In this document: in pieces, positions 55,890 to 64,000 of the stretch | How positions within the stretch are numbered: the first letter of the stretch is position 1 | Layout: each line of letters begins with the position of its first letter | Source of the DNA: an uncultured Bacilli bacterium | GTDB lineage: Bacteria; Bacillota_I; Bacilli_A; RF39; UBA660 | DNA: 64,000 nt | Assembly (NCBI GenBank): GCA_947627635.1 | Contig: CANQWT010000001.1 | Span: 18,325-82,324, forward strand | Direction: 5' to 3' | Notes under the pieces: generated by a model | Seen by the model: the letters and a program-made list of their open reading frames with translations, nothing else | Told to the model about the DNA's origin: nothing | The model's database searches: none | Translations under genes and position numbers: made by a program

Positions 55890-56363
55890 ATGGAAAACTA
55901 TTATAAGCAAATAGCGGATCTGTTATGTTCTAGAGAGCGTTTGAATACATTAAGAGATAGACAATCCGAAATATTCGATAAATACTTCCCTATAACAGTT
56001 CGATATACTGATTCCGTGTCTACTGGAGGAGAAAAGCAAGATAAAATGGTATCTTACATAGCTGAATTAGAGGAGTCAGGATTAGACAAAGAAATAAAAA
56101 AAATAATTGAAAAAATAGATAAACTACAAAATAGCATTTATCGTATGGAAATGATATTAAAGAATGTGGAAAATATATCAGGTGTAGAGAATTTAGAATA
56201 TAAAGTTCTTAAATTAAAGTATTATGAAAATAGAAATTATACTTTACAACAAATAGCTGATAAATTACATTATTCTTTAGATAGAATTAAACAAGTAAGT
56301 GCTGATGTAGAAAGAAAAATTAAAAGTAATTATTACACTGAAAATACACTAATAAAGTGCTAA
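55890..56363 (+). CDS. ArpU/RinA-like late-gene transcriptional activator (sigma-70 region-4-like)
   Basis: Size and position (just before the packaging module). C-terminal HTH-like NYTLQQIADKLHYSLDRIKQV. Confidence 0.4.
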   Translation: MENYYKQIADLLCSRERLNTLRDRQSEIFDKYFPITVRYTDSVSTGGEKQDKMVSYIAELEESGLDKEIKKIIEKIDKLQNSIYRMEMILKNVENISGVENLEYKVLKLKYYENRNYTLQQIADKLHYSLDRIKQVSADVERKIKSNYYTENTLIKC

Positions 56364-56384
56364 AATGATAATGTGGAATAATTA

Positions 56385-56912
56385 AAAATGGCTAGCTGAT
56401 TGCCCTCTGAGTATTGGAAAAAATCAGCAATATATCTCGGTAGCGGTGTGATAGTCGCACGGGGGTTCCATATTCCCCAGGAGAGGTGCAATTCCTACTA
56501 CCGAAACCAATATGCTAGTATGGTGGAAAAGAGACACGCCTATATTAGGTGGGTAACCGTGAGGAACCCGTGGGAGGTTGTAACTCTCTACTAGCTCCAA
56601 TTATGCTATTATTCATTATTTCGTATAGACCTAAGATGTCAGTAAGGTGGAAGTCCTTACAACAACTCCTTTCTAAGCTCTGGCTTATCGGCTTCTAATT
56701 GATAAGATACGTTTTATAACGTATTCTCGTGAGCGAACGGGGTTTCACGTTGGTTATGACAAACATACGCTAAACTATTAGTCGTAATTCTAGGTAAGTT
56801 AACGTAATGGTTAACCTCGGTTATTGCCTAGGAAAATAGTATTTATGGGTAAGAGAGGTTAAAGCCTTAAATACCCGCCACGCTAGTATCACACTAGCCA
56901 ACCCCTTTTTAT
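56385..56912 (+). ncRNA. Candidate large structured ncRNA in prophage (ROOL/GOLLD-class candidate)
   Basis: About 530 nt with no credible ORF and far more GC-rich than the phage flanks. Bounded by a long-range pairing GGCTAG (56390-56395) / CTAGCC (56895-56900). Internal perfect hairpins include GTTAAC-GTAATG-GTTAAC and GGGGTTCC...CCCC. A U-rich tract follows (CAACCCCTTTTTATTCTTTTTT). Confidence 0.45.
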
Positions 56913-57058
56913 TCTTTTTTAGATAAACTAAAAGCACTACTTATCTTAGGTAGTGTACTGGTAACATAAAAACAACCACTAGCAGGTGCACGGAATCGAG
57001 GGTGGGCTCGTGTATGTTATTGGTACAGTATCTATGATAAAATTATTATGAATCGGAG

Positions 57059-57271
57059 GTGCCTATTATGAGTAGAGGCGAGTTTGTAGAGAAAGTACAA
57101 GCCAAAGAAATAGTGAACGGAACAAAGTTCGAGGTATACGATAAGAATGATACTAAACTGGGAACGGTAGGAGTAATTGATTCGACAATAGTATATTTAG
57201 ATATGAAATCAGTTCCAAATGATTTATTCATAGGGGAATATACCTTTAAAGAGATTAGAGAAGAAAAATAA
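57059..57271 (+). CDS. Hypothetical phage protein, 70 aa
   Basis: GGAGGTG RBS. Confidence 0.3.
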   Translation: MPIMSRGEFVEKVQAKEIVNGTKFEVYDKNDTKLGTVGVIDSTIVYLDMKSVPNDLFIGEYTFKEIREEK

Positions 57272-57375
57272 TAATGGTAGATACTCTCCTCAATCTATAA
57301 GCTATGAGACATTACAATCTTACGTAGTGTCTTTTTTTTGTATAAGGAGGCGTTGCGTTATGCGAGAGCGATATT

Positions 57376-57636
57376 ATGAATTTAGATAGCTATATTAAAA
57401 AGTTTCTTATTAACTTGTCTTTATATAGTCAATACTTCGATATAACAATAATGACTTATGAAAGATTTAATAGTAAGTACAATACTGTCAATAGGAGTTT
57501 ACTACTCCAGTACAGTGAGCCGAACCCTAAAAAGAAAGACTCATATTTTCGTTATAAAGAATGGTATAGCAATAAAAGAGAGTTAGTACAGAGGTTGAAT
57601 GAATTATGGCTAAAAAGAAAACAGACAAAGAAATAA
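57376..57636 (+). CDS. Hypothetical phage protein, 86 aa
   Basis: ORF only. Confidence 0.3.
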   Translation: MNLDSYIKKFLINLSLYSQYFDITIMTYERFNSKYNTVNRSLLLQYSEPNPKKKDSYFRYKEWYSNKRELVQRLNELWLKRKQTKK

Positions 57637-58118
57637 AGGAAATCATAGCATATTATTTAGATTGTAATAATTATAGTGAAACAGCTCGTAAATTCGGAAT
57701 GTCTGATACTGGTGTAAGAAAACTAATAAATAGGGAATCTGATAAAGAAAGTACGAGATTGTTAGAGGAGAAAAAAAATAATAATACTAAAGAAGTAATA
57801 CAAGATATGGACGACCGTAAGGAAACAGTTAAGAGATTACTCGGAAAGTTATTAGACGCTATAGAAGATAAAATAGACAATGTTGATATGTTTACTTCTG
57901 TTCGTGATATAGCTATGGCTTACGGTACGATAGTAGATAAAGAGTTTAAACGTCAAGAGTTAGAGTTAAAGAGAAAAGAAATAGCTTTAATGGAGAAAGA
58001 GTTAGAGGGCGATTCAAGTTTAAACAGTTCTATTATTCAAGCTATTAAAGGACAAATGACTTCTATATGGGAGGGCGAAGACGGAGATGTTAAAGAGCCT
58101 AAAAAAGAAACTAAGTAA
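57606..58118 (+). CDS. Terminase small subunit (HTH)
   Basis: Position immediately 5' of terL. HTH ETARKFGMSDTGVRKLIN. Confidence 0.5.
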   Translation: MAKKKTDKEIKEIIAYYLDCNNYSETARKFGMSDTGVRKLINRESDKESTRLLEEKKNNNTKEVIQDMDDRKETVKRLLGKLLDAIEDKIDNVDMFTSVRDIAMAYGTIVDKEFKRQELELKRKEIALMEKELEGDSSLNSSIIQAIKGQMTSIWEGEDGDVKEPKKETK

Positions 58119-59430
58119 GCCATTTATCTGGAGCCCTCTTTCAAAGAAACAGTTAAAAGTAATGTCGTGGTGGTGTGAGGGTAGTCCTTATAAGAATTAT
58201 GACGGAATAATAGCTGACGGTGCTGTTAGATCTGGAAAGACTATATCAATGTCTCCCTCATTCGTATTATGGGCTATGACAAACTTTGACGGATTAGATT
58301 TTGCTTTATGTGGTAAGACAATAGGTTCTTTAAGACGTAATGTTATTAACACGTTAAAAAAACAGATACTTACTTTAGGTTATCAATACGAAGAAAGACG
58401 TACAGATAACTTGATTATTATTTATAAAGGCGATAAGTATAACAATTTTTACTTATTCGGTGGTAAAGACGAATCTTCACAAGATTTAATACAAGGTATG
58501 ACGCTAGCTGGCGTCTTTTTTGACGAAGTAGCACTTATGCCTTATTCATTCGTAGATCAAGCTATGGCTCGTTGTTCTGTAGAGGGTGCTAAATATTGGT
58601 TTAACTGTAATCCAAAGAATCCGAATCACTGGTTTAAAACTGATTTTATAGATAAAGCCAAAGAGAAAAGATTTTTATATTTACATTTTACTATGGACGA
58701 TAATCTTACTCTATCAGAGAAAGTTAAGTTACGTTATAAGAGAATGTTCGCTGGAGTATTCTATAAACGTAATGTAGAGGGATTATGGGTAACAGCTGAG
58801 GGACGTATATATACGACCTTTGACGAGAGTAGAGTTATTAGCTATAAAGATTTTATAATAAATTATTCTAAAGATATTGTAGGAGCGTATATTGGTGTCG
58901 ACTTTGGAGGAAATAAATCGGCTACGTCTTTTACATTAACTTTAATTACTAGAGGTTTTAAACACGTAATAATAGCTGACGAGTGGTATCACAAAGAAGA
59001 ATTAACTCCTAAACAGTTAGAAGAAAAGTTTGTAGAGTTTGTAACATCTTCTTTTAGTAAATATCCTCAGTTACACGATATATATTGCGATAGTGCGGAG
59101 CAATTACTTATTAACGGTTTAAAGATAGCACTTAGGAAAGCTAAATATACAGATAGTAAGGGAATTGTTAGAGCATACCCTATAATAATTCATAATGCTA
59201 TTAAAGGAGAAATTATAGATCGTATTAGATTTACTACAGCTATGTTCGGACAAGATAGATTATGGGTTGTTAAAGAGAAATGTCCTAACACTATATCAGC
59301 ATTTGATAATGCTGTATGGGACGAGGACGAATTAGACGACGTTAGATTAGACGACGGTAATTATAATATCGACTCGTTAGATAGTTTTGAGTATTCGATA
59401 GAAAAACAAATGAAATTGATTTTAAGATAG
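58087..59430 (+). CDS. Terminase large subunit (PBSX/SPP1-type)
   Basis: Walker A GAVRSGKTIS and Walker B-like AGVFFDEVA. C-terminal nuclease region with acidic residues (DSAEQ..., D-rich end). Confidence 0.8.
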   Translation: MLKSLKKKLSKPFIWSPLSKKQLKVMSWWCEGSPYKNYDGIIADGAVRSGKTISMSPSFVLWAMTNFDGLDFALCGKTIGSLRRNVINTLKKQILTLGYQYEERRTDNLIIIYKGDKYNNFYLFGGKDESSQDLIQGMTLAGVFFDEVALMPYSFVDQAMARCSVEGAKYWFNCNPKNPNHWFKTDFIDKAKEKRFLYLHFTMDDNLTLSEKVKLRYKRMFAGVFYKRNVEGLWVTAEGRIYTTFDESRVISYKDFIINYSKDIVGAYIGVDFGGNKSATSFTLTLITRGFKHVIIADEWYHKEELTPKQLEEKFVEFVTSSFSKYPQLHDIYCDSAEQLLINGLKIALRKAKYTDSKGIVRAYPIIIHNAIKGEIIDRIRFTTAMFGQDRLWVVKEKCPNTISAFDNAVWDEDELDDVRLDDGNYNIDSLDSFEYSIEKQMKLILR

Positions 59431-59441
59431 GAGGTATAAGA

Positions 59442-60788
59442 ATGGATTTTATTGTTGAATATTTAAGAGGATTAGGTTATAACGTAGAGAAAGATTATTA
59501 CGGTTATATTAACACTTGGTGGGAATGGTACTCAGGTAAGGTAAAAAAGTTTCATCATTATAAACAATATAACGGTAAAAGACAAGTACCTAGAGAACGC
59601 TATACTTTAGGTATGGCTAAAAAAGGCTGTGAGGACTGGGCTAATAAATTACTTAGTGAAAAAGTAACTATTTCCACTACAGCTCAAGAAGAAGTAGACG
59701 ATATATTAGAGAGGAATAACTTTTGGCTTAATGGTAATCAATTAGTCGAGGAAACATTCGCTTTAGGTACTGGAGCGTTTGTTGAGTATAAAGCTGGGGA
59801 TTTCCCAGTTATTGATTATGTAATAGCACCTATGATATTTCCTTTAAGGTGGAAAAAAGGCGAGATTATAGATTGTGCTTTTGCTAGTGCTTTAGAATCA
59901 GATACCGAAAAACAATTTTATATTAACATTCATAAAAAAGTTGGTAATCGTTATTGTGTAGAAAATAAGATTATAATTGTTAACGGAGACGGTACTTTTA
60001 AAGAGGGAGAACTTCCTAAACAAGTTATGCCTGTTGTATGGAATGATGTTAAAACTTTTCAAATTATTAAGCCTAACATAGTTAACAATATTAGTTTAGG
60101 TAGTCCTATGGGTATAGCTATTTTTGCTAATGCTATAGACGAAATGAAAACGATAGATCTTATCTATGATAGTTATAAAAATGAATTTAATTTAGGTAAG
60201 AAACGTATCTTTGTTAAAAGTGGGGCTTTAAATATTGATTTAGAGAATGGAGATACAGCTCCAGTGTTTGACGAAAACGACGTAGAGTTTTACGCTCTAC
60301 CAGACGAAGACGGAACAGATATGATAACAGAATCTAAATTCGATATAAGAGCCGAACAACACGACGTAGGGTTACAAACGAATCTTAATTTATATGCTAA
60401 GAAAATCGGTTTTGGAGACAATGGTTATAGGTGGGAAAAAGGACAAGTTAAAACAGCCACTGAAACTATTAGCGATAATTCCGAAATGTATAGAAACATT
60501 CAAAAACACGAAGTTATATTAGAACCAGCTATTATTGGTTTAGTAGAAGCTGTTATGTATTTAAAAACTGGTAAAGTATATACTGGAGATACTACTGTTA
60601 ACTTTGACGATTCTATTATAGAAGATATGGCGGAAGTAAAACGTCAAGCTATGATAGAGTATAACGCTGGAATCATAGATAAAGTAGAATATTATGTTCG
60701 TGTTTACAAAATGAATGAAGACGAAGCTATTAAGAAAATAGAAACAATGGAGTCAAGAAAACCTAAAGAAGAAGTGTTAGAGGTTTAG
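59442..60788 (+). CDS. Portal protein
   Basis: About 448 aa. Lies between terL and the MuF-like head morphogenesis gene, in SPP1 gene order. Confidence 0.55.
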   Translation: MDFIVEYLRGLGYNVEKDYYGYINTWWEWYSGKVKKFHHYKQYNGKRQVPRERYTLGMAKKGCEDWANKLLSEKVTISTTAQEEVDDILERNNFWLNGNQLVEETFALGTGAFVEYKAGDFPVIDYVIAPMIFPLRWKKGEIIDCAFASALESDTEKQFYINIHKKVGNRYCVENKIIIVNGDGTFKEGELPKQVMPVVWNDVKTFQIIKPNIVNNISLGSPMGIAIFANAIDEMKTIDLIYDSYKNEFNLGKKRIFVKSGALNIDLENGDTAPVFDENDVEFYALPDEDGTDMITESKFDIRAEQHDVGLQTNLNLYAKKIGFGDNGYRWEKGQVKTATETISDNSEMYRNIQKHEVILEPAIIGLVEAVMYLKTGKVYTGDTTVNFDDSIIEDMAEVKRQAMIEYNAGIIDKVEYYVRVYKMNEDEAIKKIETMESRKPKEEVLEV

Positions 60789-60791
60789 TTT

Positions 60792-62345
60792 ATGCAAGAC
60801 GATAAGAAATTACGAGAAATCTACGAGAATATAGAAGCTGATTTACTTCGTAATATCGCCAGTCGACTTGATATTGACGAGATAGACGGAGGTACAGTTG
60901 AGTGGCACACCAGAAAATTAAACGAATTAGGTATGTTAAGTTCTGAAAATATCAAATTATTATCTAAATACTCTGGAAAAACAGAAAAAGAAATAAAAAG
61001 TATGTTAAAAAAGTCTGGGTATGAAAATATAGAGGAGAAAGCTTTTAAAGAAGCGTATAAAATAGGAACTTTAAGCGAACAACCTATAGCTTTAATGAAA
61101 TCAGAATCGTTAAAGAATATTCTTAATACATCTGTTGCTAACTCTATTGATTCATTTAATTTAGTAAATACTAAAGCGTTAGAAAGTGCTAACGAAGAAT
61201 ATTTAAAAATAATAAATCAAGTATACTTAGAAACAGCACAGGGAATATATGACTACAGTACATCTTTAAGAAAAGCTACTACTCGTTTAGCTGAAAAGGG
61301 AATAACTGGAGCTACTTATATGCGTACTGACGGAACTCATATAAGAAGAACTTTAGAAAGTGCTGTACGTATGCAAATATTAACATCTACAAATCAATGT
61401 ATGACTAAAATGCAAGAGGAAAGAGCTAAAGAATGGGGCTCTAATTTAGTAGAAGTTTCTTCTCATATAGGAGCAAGACCTAGCCACGCTGAATGGCAAG
61501 GAAAAATTTATATGTTAGAGGGCTCTAGTGATAAATACCCTAACTTTTATCAAGCGACTGGTTATGGTACAGTAACAGGTTTAGGTGGAGTTAATTGTAG
61601 ACATACATTCTACCCTTATTTAGAGGGAGTTAGTGAAAAAACATATAAACACTATAACCTTAACGAAAATAAGGAACAATACGAAAAAGAACAACAACAA
61701 CGTCTTTTAGAAAGAAAAATTAGGGTTGAAAAACAAAAGATAATTGTAGCCGAAGAAACTGGCGATAAGTTAATGCTAGAAAAAGCTAGTATGAAATTAA
61801 AAGAACGTAGAGACGACTTAAAGAAATTCTTAGAAGAAAATAATCTTTTGGAAGATACTTCGAGAGAGTTTAAATACGGATTCAATCGTTCTATGTCTCA
61901 AAAAGCCTTAAATACAAGTCGTAGCGTTGAAAATAAAGCCAATATGATGTATAATTTAGGTAGTACGGAGAATAATGTTAAAGCATACATTAAAGACGCT
62001 CCTATTAAGGAAACAATTAGTACAACTTATGATTTAGAGAAATACAGAGATAGTAAATGGGAAAAACACGATCCAAATAGTAAAGGCTATGAAACTAACG
62101 CTAGTCAAGTAACTATCTCAAAACAAGAAACAATAGATTTAATAAAAAAATATGCTGGTAAAGGTGCGTTGTTAAGAAATCCTAACGGAACTTGGAATAA
62201 ACAAGAACTAATTCATTCTGATACTGTTGTTGGTAAAGTATTAGGCGTTAATAATAAGTGGGTAGAAACTAAAACATTTAAAATACATTACTCTAAACGA
62301 GGAGTACATATTGTACCTAGTTTAAGAGATACAAAGGAGAAGTAA
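60792..62345 (+). CDS. Minor head protein (Phage_Mu_F/SPP1 gp7-like) with extra ~190-aa C-terminal domain
   Basis: Mu F core: TRLAEKGITGATYMRTDGTHIRRTLESAVRMQILT...EVSSHIGARPSHAEWQGKIY. Confidence 0.65.
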   Translation: MQDDKKLREIYENIEADLLRNIASRLDIDEIDGGTVEWHTRKLNELGMLSSENIKLLSKYSGKTEKEIKSMLKKSGYENIEEKAFKEAYKIGTLSEQPIALMKSESLKNILNTSVANSIDSFNLVNTKALESANEEYLKIINQVYLETAQGIYDYSTSLRKATTRLAEKGITGATYMRTDGTHIRRTLESAVRMQILTSTNQCMTKMQEERAKEWGSNLVEVSSHIGARPSHAEWQGKIYMLEGSSDKYPNFYQATGYGTVTGLGGVNCRHTFYPYLEGVSEKTYKHYNLNENKEQYEKEQQQRLLERKIRVEKQKIIVAEETGDKLMLEKASMKLKERRDDLKKFLEENNLLEDTSREFKYGFNRSMSQKALNTSRSVENKANMMYNLGSTENNVKAYIKDAPIKETISTTYDLEKYRDSKWEKHDPNSKGYETNASQVTISKQETIDLIKKYAGKGALLRNPNGTWNKQELIHSDTVVGKVLGVNNKWVETKTFKIHYSKRGVHIVPSLRDTKEK

Positions 62346-62346
62346 T

Positions 62347-62553
62347 ATGACAGAGGAAAAATTTATAAAATATTATGGTAAAGATGTGGAAATAAAACTT
62401 AATAGCGGAGAAACAATAACAGGGCACTGTGAAAGTTTTACACGTGCTGTTGATAGTGATACTAAAGTAGCTTCACTTACAATAGCAACTCAAGACGGTT
62501 ATTTTGAGATATACCAAAATGACGTTACAGAAATCAAAACTATTACACCTTAA
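62347..62553 (+). CDS. Hypothetical phage protein, 68 aa
   Basis: ORF with overlapping start. Confidence 0.3.
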   Translation: MTEEKFIKYYGKDVEIKLNSGETITGHCESFTRAVDSDTKVASLTIATQDGYFEIYQNDVTEIKTITP

Positions 62554-62715
62554 TTACACTCTTTTAGTGTTAATATGATATTGTGATAATTTATAAAGAA
62601 CTGGCGAGAGCTGGTTTTTTTATTTATTATGCGTTACTCGATTGTAAGAGAATAAATTACTATTTCGACTTTACAGCCTACAAGCTGAATAAAAACTGAG
62701 AGGAGAAGATAAAAT

Positions 62716-63279
62716 ATGGATTGGTTAAAAGAGATTTTAACAAACGCAGGAGTAGAAGACGAAAAAGTAACAAGTGTTGTAGAAAGTGTTAAAAAGGAAG
62801 TACCTAAGTATTATGTACCTAAAAATGACTTTAACGAAAAAGTTACAGAGGTAAATAATCTTACTACTGAAAAAGCTACACTTACTAAACAATTAGAGGA
62901 TCTAAAAAAAGTAGATCCAGAGAAATTGCAAGAAACAATTAACGATTTACAAAAAGCAAATAAGGACTTAGAAGACAAAAGCAAAAAGGATTTAGCTGAT
63001 GTAAAACGTATGAGTGCTATTGATTTAGCAATAGCTAACTCTAAAACTATTGACGCTGTTTCTCTAAAAGCACACTTAGACTTAGATAAAATCGAATATG
63101 ACGAAAAAAGCGGTACTCTAAAAGGTATCGACGAACAAATCAATACTATTCGTGAATCTAAAAAATACTTATTCACAGAAGCTCCTACTGACGGAGGTAT
63201 GCCTCAAGGTGGTGCACCAAAGCCAGAACAAACTATTGACGACGAAATCCGAGAACATATCTACGGTACGTCAAAATAA
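62716..63279 (+). CDS. Scaffolding protein candidate (coiled coil)
   Basis: Position between MuF and capsid. Heptad-rich (LTTEKATLTKQLEDLKK..., INDLQKANKDLEDKSKKDL). Confidence 0.45.
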   Translation: MDWLKEILTNAGVEDEKVTSVVESVKKEVPKYYVPKNDFNEKVTEVNNLTTEKATLTKQLEDLKKVDPEKLQETINDLQKANKDLEDKSKKDLADVKRMSAIDLAIANSKTIDAVSLKAHLDLDKIEYDEKSGTLKGIDEQINTIRESKKYLFTEAPTDGGMPQGGAPKPEQTIDDEIREHIYGTSK

Positions 63280-63301
63280 ATAAGTATAGGAGGAAAAAAT
63301 T

Positions 63302-64000
63302 ATGGCAATTAAATTAGAAGACGCACAAAAATTGTCTCAAAGTAAATTAACTAACAAAATTGTTGACGAATTTAGAAAATGTCCTTTATTAGACGCTATT
63401 CCATTCGACAACACTGTAAAACCTCAAGGAGGTAAAACTCTAGCTTACGTGTTTAATAGAATTACTACACAACCAAAAGCTGGAGCTCGTAAAATTAACG
63501 GAGAATATACTTCTCAAGAAACAGTTACTACACCAGCAACTGTATTATTAAAAGTTATGGGTGGTTCTTATGAATTAGACCGTGTTATCGCTAACGAAGA
63601 AAAACAAGTTGTAGATCACGTACAATTTCAAGCTACTCAAAAAGCTAAAGCTACAAGAGCTTATTTCCTAGATCAATTCATTAACGGAGATGTTGGAACT
63701 GACGCTGACGGATTCGACGGAATTGATAAGGCTGTTAAAGGAACTGTAACAGAATACAATACAGAAGAAACTATAGATTTATCTAGTTCTGACGCTATTG
63801 ATTCTAATTATAAAAAGTTCTTATATTTAATTCGTAGAATGACAGCTAAAATGGTTGAAAAACCTACTCATTATTTAATGAATAGTGATATGTACGCTGT
63901 ATTCCAAACTATCGCTGATAGAGTTCCAAATATTCATTATGATAAAGACGCTTTCGGAGAAGAAATTATCAGATATGGTAGAGCTGTATTAGTTGATATG
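63302..64000 (+). CDS. Major capsid protein, 5' part (runs off window)
   Basis: GGAGGAAAAAAT RBS, ATG at 63302, open to the window end (not in the ORF track because no stop was reached). Position after scaffold. Confidence 0.5.
   Translation, partial: MAIKLEDAQKLSQSKLTNKIVDEFRKCPLLDAIPFDNTVKPQGGKTLAYVFNRITTQPKAGARKINGEYTSQETVTTPATVLLKVMGGSYELDRVIANEEKQVVDHVQFQATQKAKATRAYFLDQFINGDVGTDADGFDGIDKAVKGTVTEYNTEETIDLSSSDAIDSNYKKFLYLIRRMTAKMVEKPTHYLMNSDMYAVFQTIADRVPNIHYDKDAFGEEIIRYGRAVLVDM

Larger units (their letters stand above)
42790..64000. mobile_element. Prophage, siphovirus-like with SPP1-type packaging/head module; left end at the cotJC junction, right end beyond the window
   Basis: Contiguous phage gene set: serine integrase, ImmA, CI, Cro, replication, YqaJ-RecT-SSB, HNH, ArpU-like, terS, terL, portal, MuF, scaffold, capsid. 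The window ends inside the capsid gene. Confidence 0.85.

Noticed and set aside
56400-56594. Track ORF (64 aa) inside the prophage noncoding block; also considered tRNA genes and a group I intron there
   Set aside because: There is no RBS and the ORF is embedded in hairpin-rich sequence. I found no canonical GTTCGAATC T-loop or cloverleaf by eye. No gene is visibly split by the element, although intron and tRNA models should still be run.
62560-62640. Intrinsic terminator after the 62347-62553 ORF (GAACTGGCGAGAGCTGGTTTTTTT)
   Set aside because: The arms are direct rather than inverted repeats (CTGGC/GCTGG do not pair), so a hairpin is not supported despite the T7 run.

Overview
The window is AT-rich (roughly 30% GC by eye) and comes from the chromosome of a spore-forming low-GC Firmicute, Clostridia- or Erysipelotrichia-like. 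This is shown by gpr, spoIIP, cotJC and ylbD/ylbE-like genes. All identifications come from reading the sequence and motifs by eye; no searches were run.

Positions 1 to about 21800 hold conserved housekeeping blocks, mostly on the + strand:
- the 3' end of a PASTA penicillin-binding protein;
- a ylbD/ylbE/ylbF-like/rsmD cluster, into which a dinD homolog with a triplicated palindrome-bearing upstream module has been inserted;
- rimP(short)-nusA-ylxR-infB;
- pheST behind a T-box leader;
- rpsT, gpr and spoIIP;
- L20 leader-infC-rpmI-rplT, then rpsB-tsf. L20 and S2 both carry unusual C-terminal Rho_N-like tails.

Positions 21800 to 42400 are an accessory-like region:
- orphan proteins;
- a roughly 650-nt GC-enriched noncoding block immediately upstream of a small 4-TM DxxxD protein, which I read as a candidate OLE-like RNA with an OapA-like partner;
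- ABC-F, FemAB, ldh;
- a tasA-like/sipW-like operon whose signal peptidase is fused to a polytopic membrane domain;
- a stand-alone ClpB-NBD1-like ATPase paired with a membrane protein.

At about 42790 a siphovirus-like prophage of at least 21 kb begins and runs past the window end. It contains a large serine recombinase, a frameshifted ImmA, a CI/Cro switch with operators, a YqaJ-RecT-SSB module, HNH nucleases, a roughly 530-nt structured noncoding block, and an SPP1-like terS-terL-portal-MuF-scaffold-capsid block. It is inserted inside the spore-coat gene cotJC; only the 3' half of cotJC lies in the window. That arrangement matches known sporulation-excised intervening elements, and none is described for cotJC. 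The insertion and the two large candidate ncRNAs are the most interesting signals.
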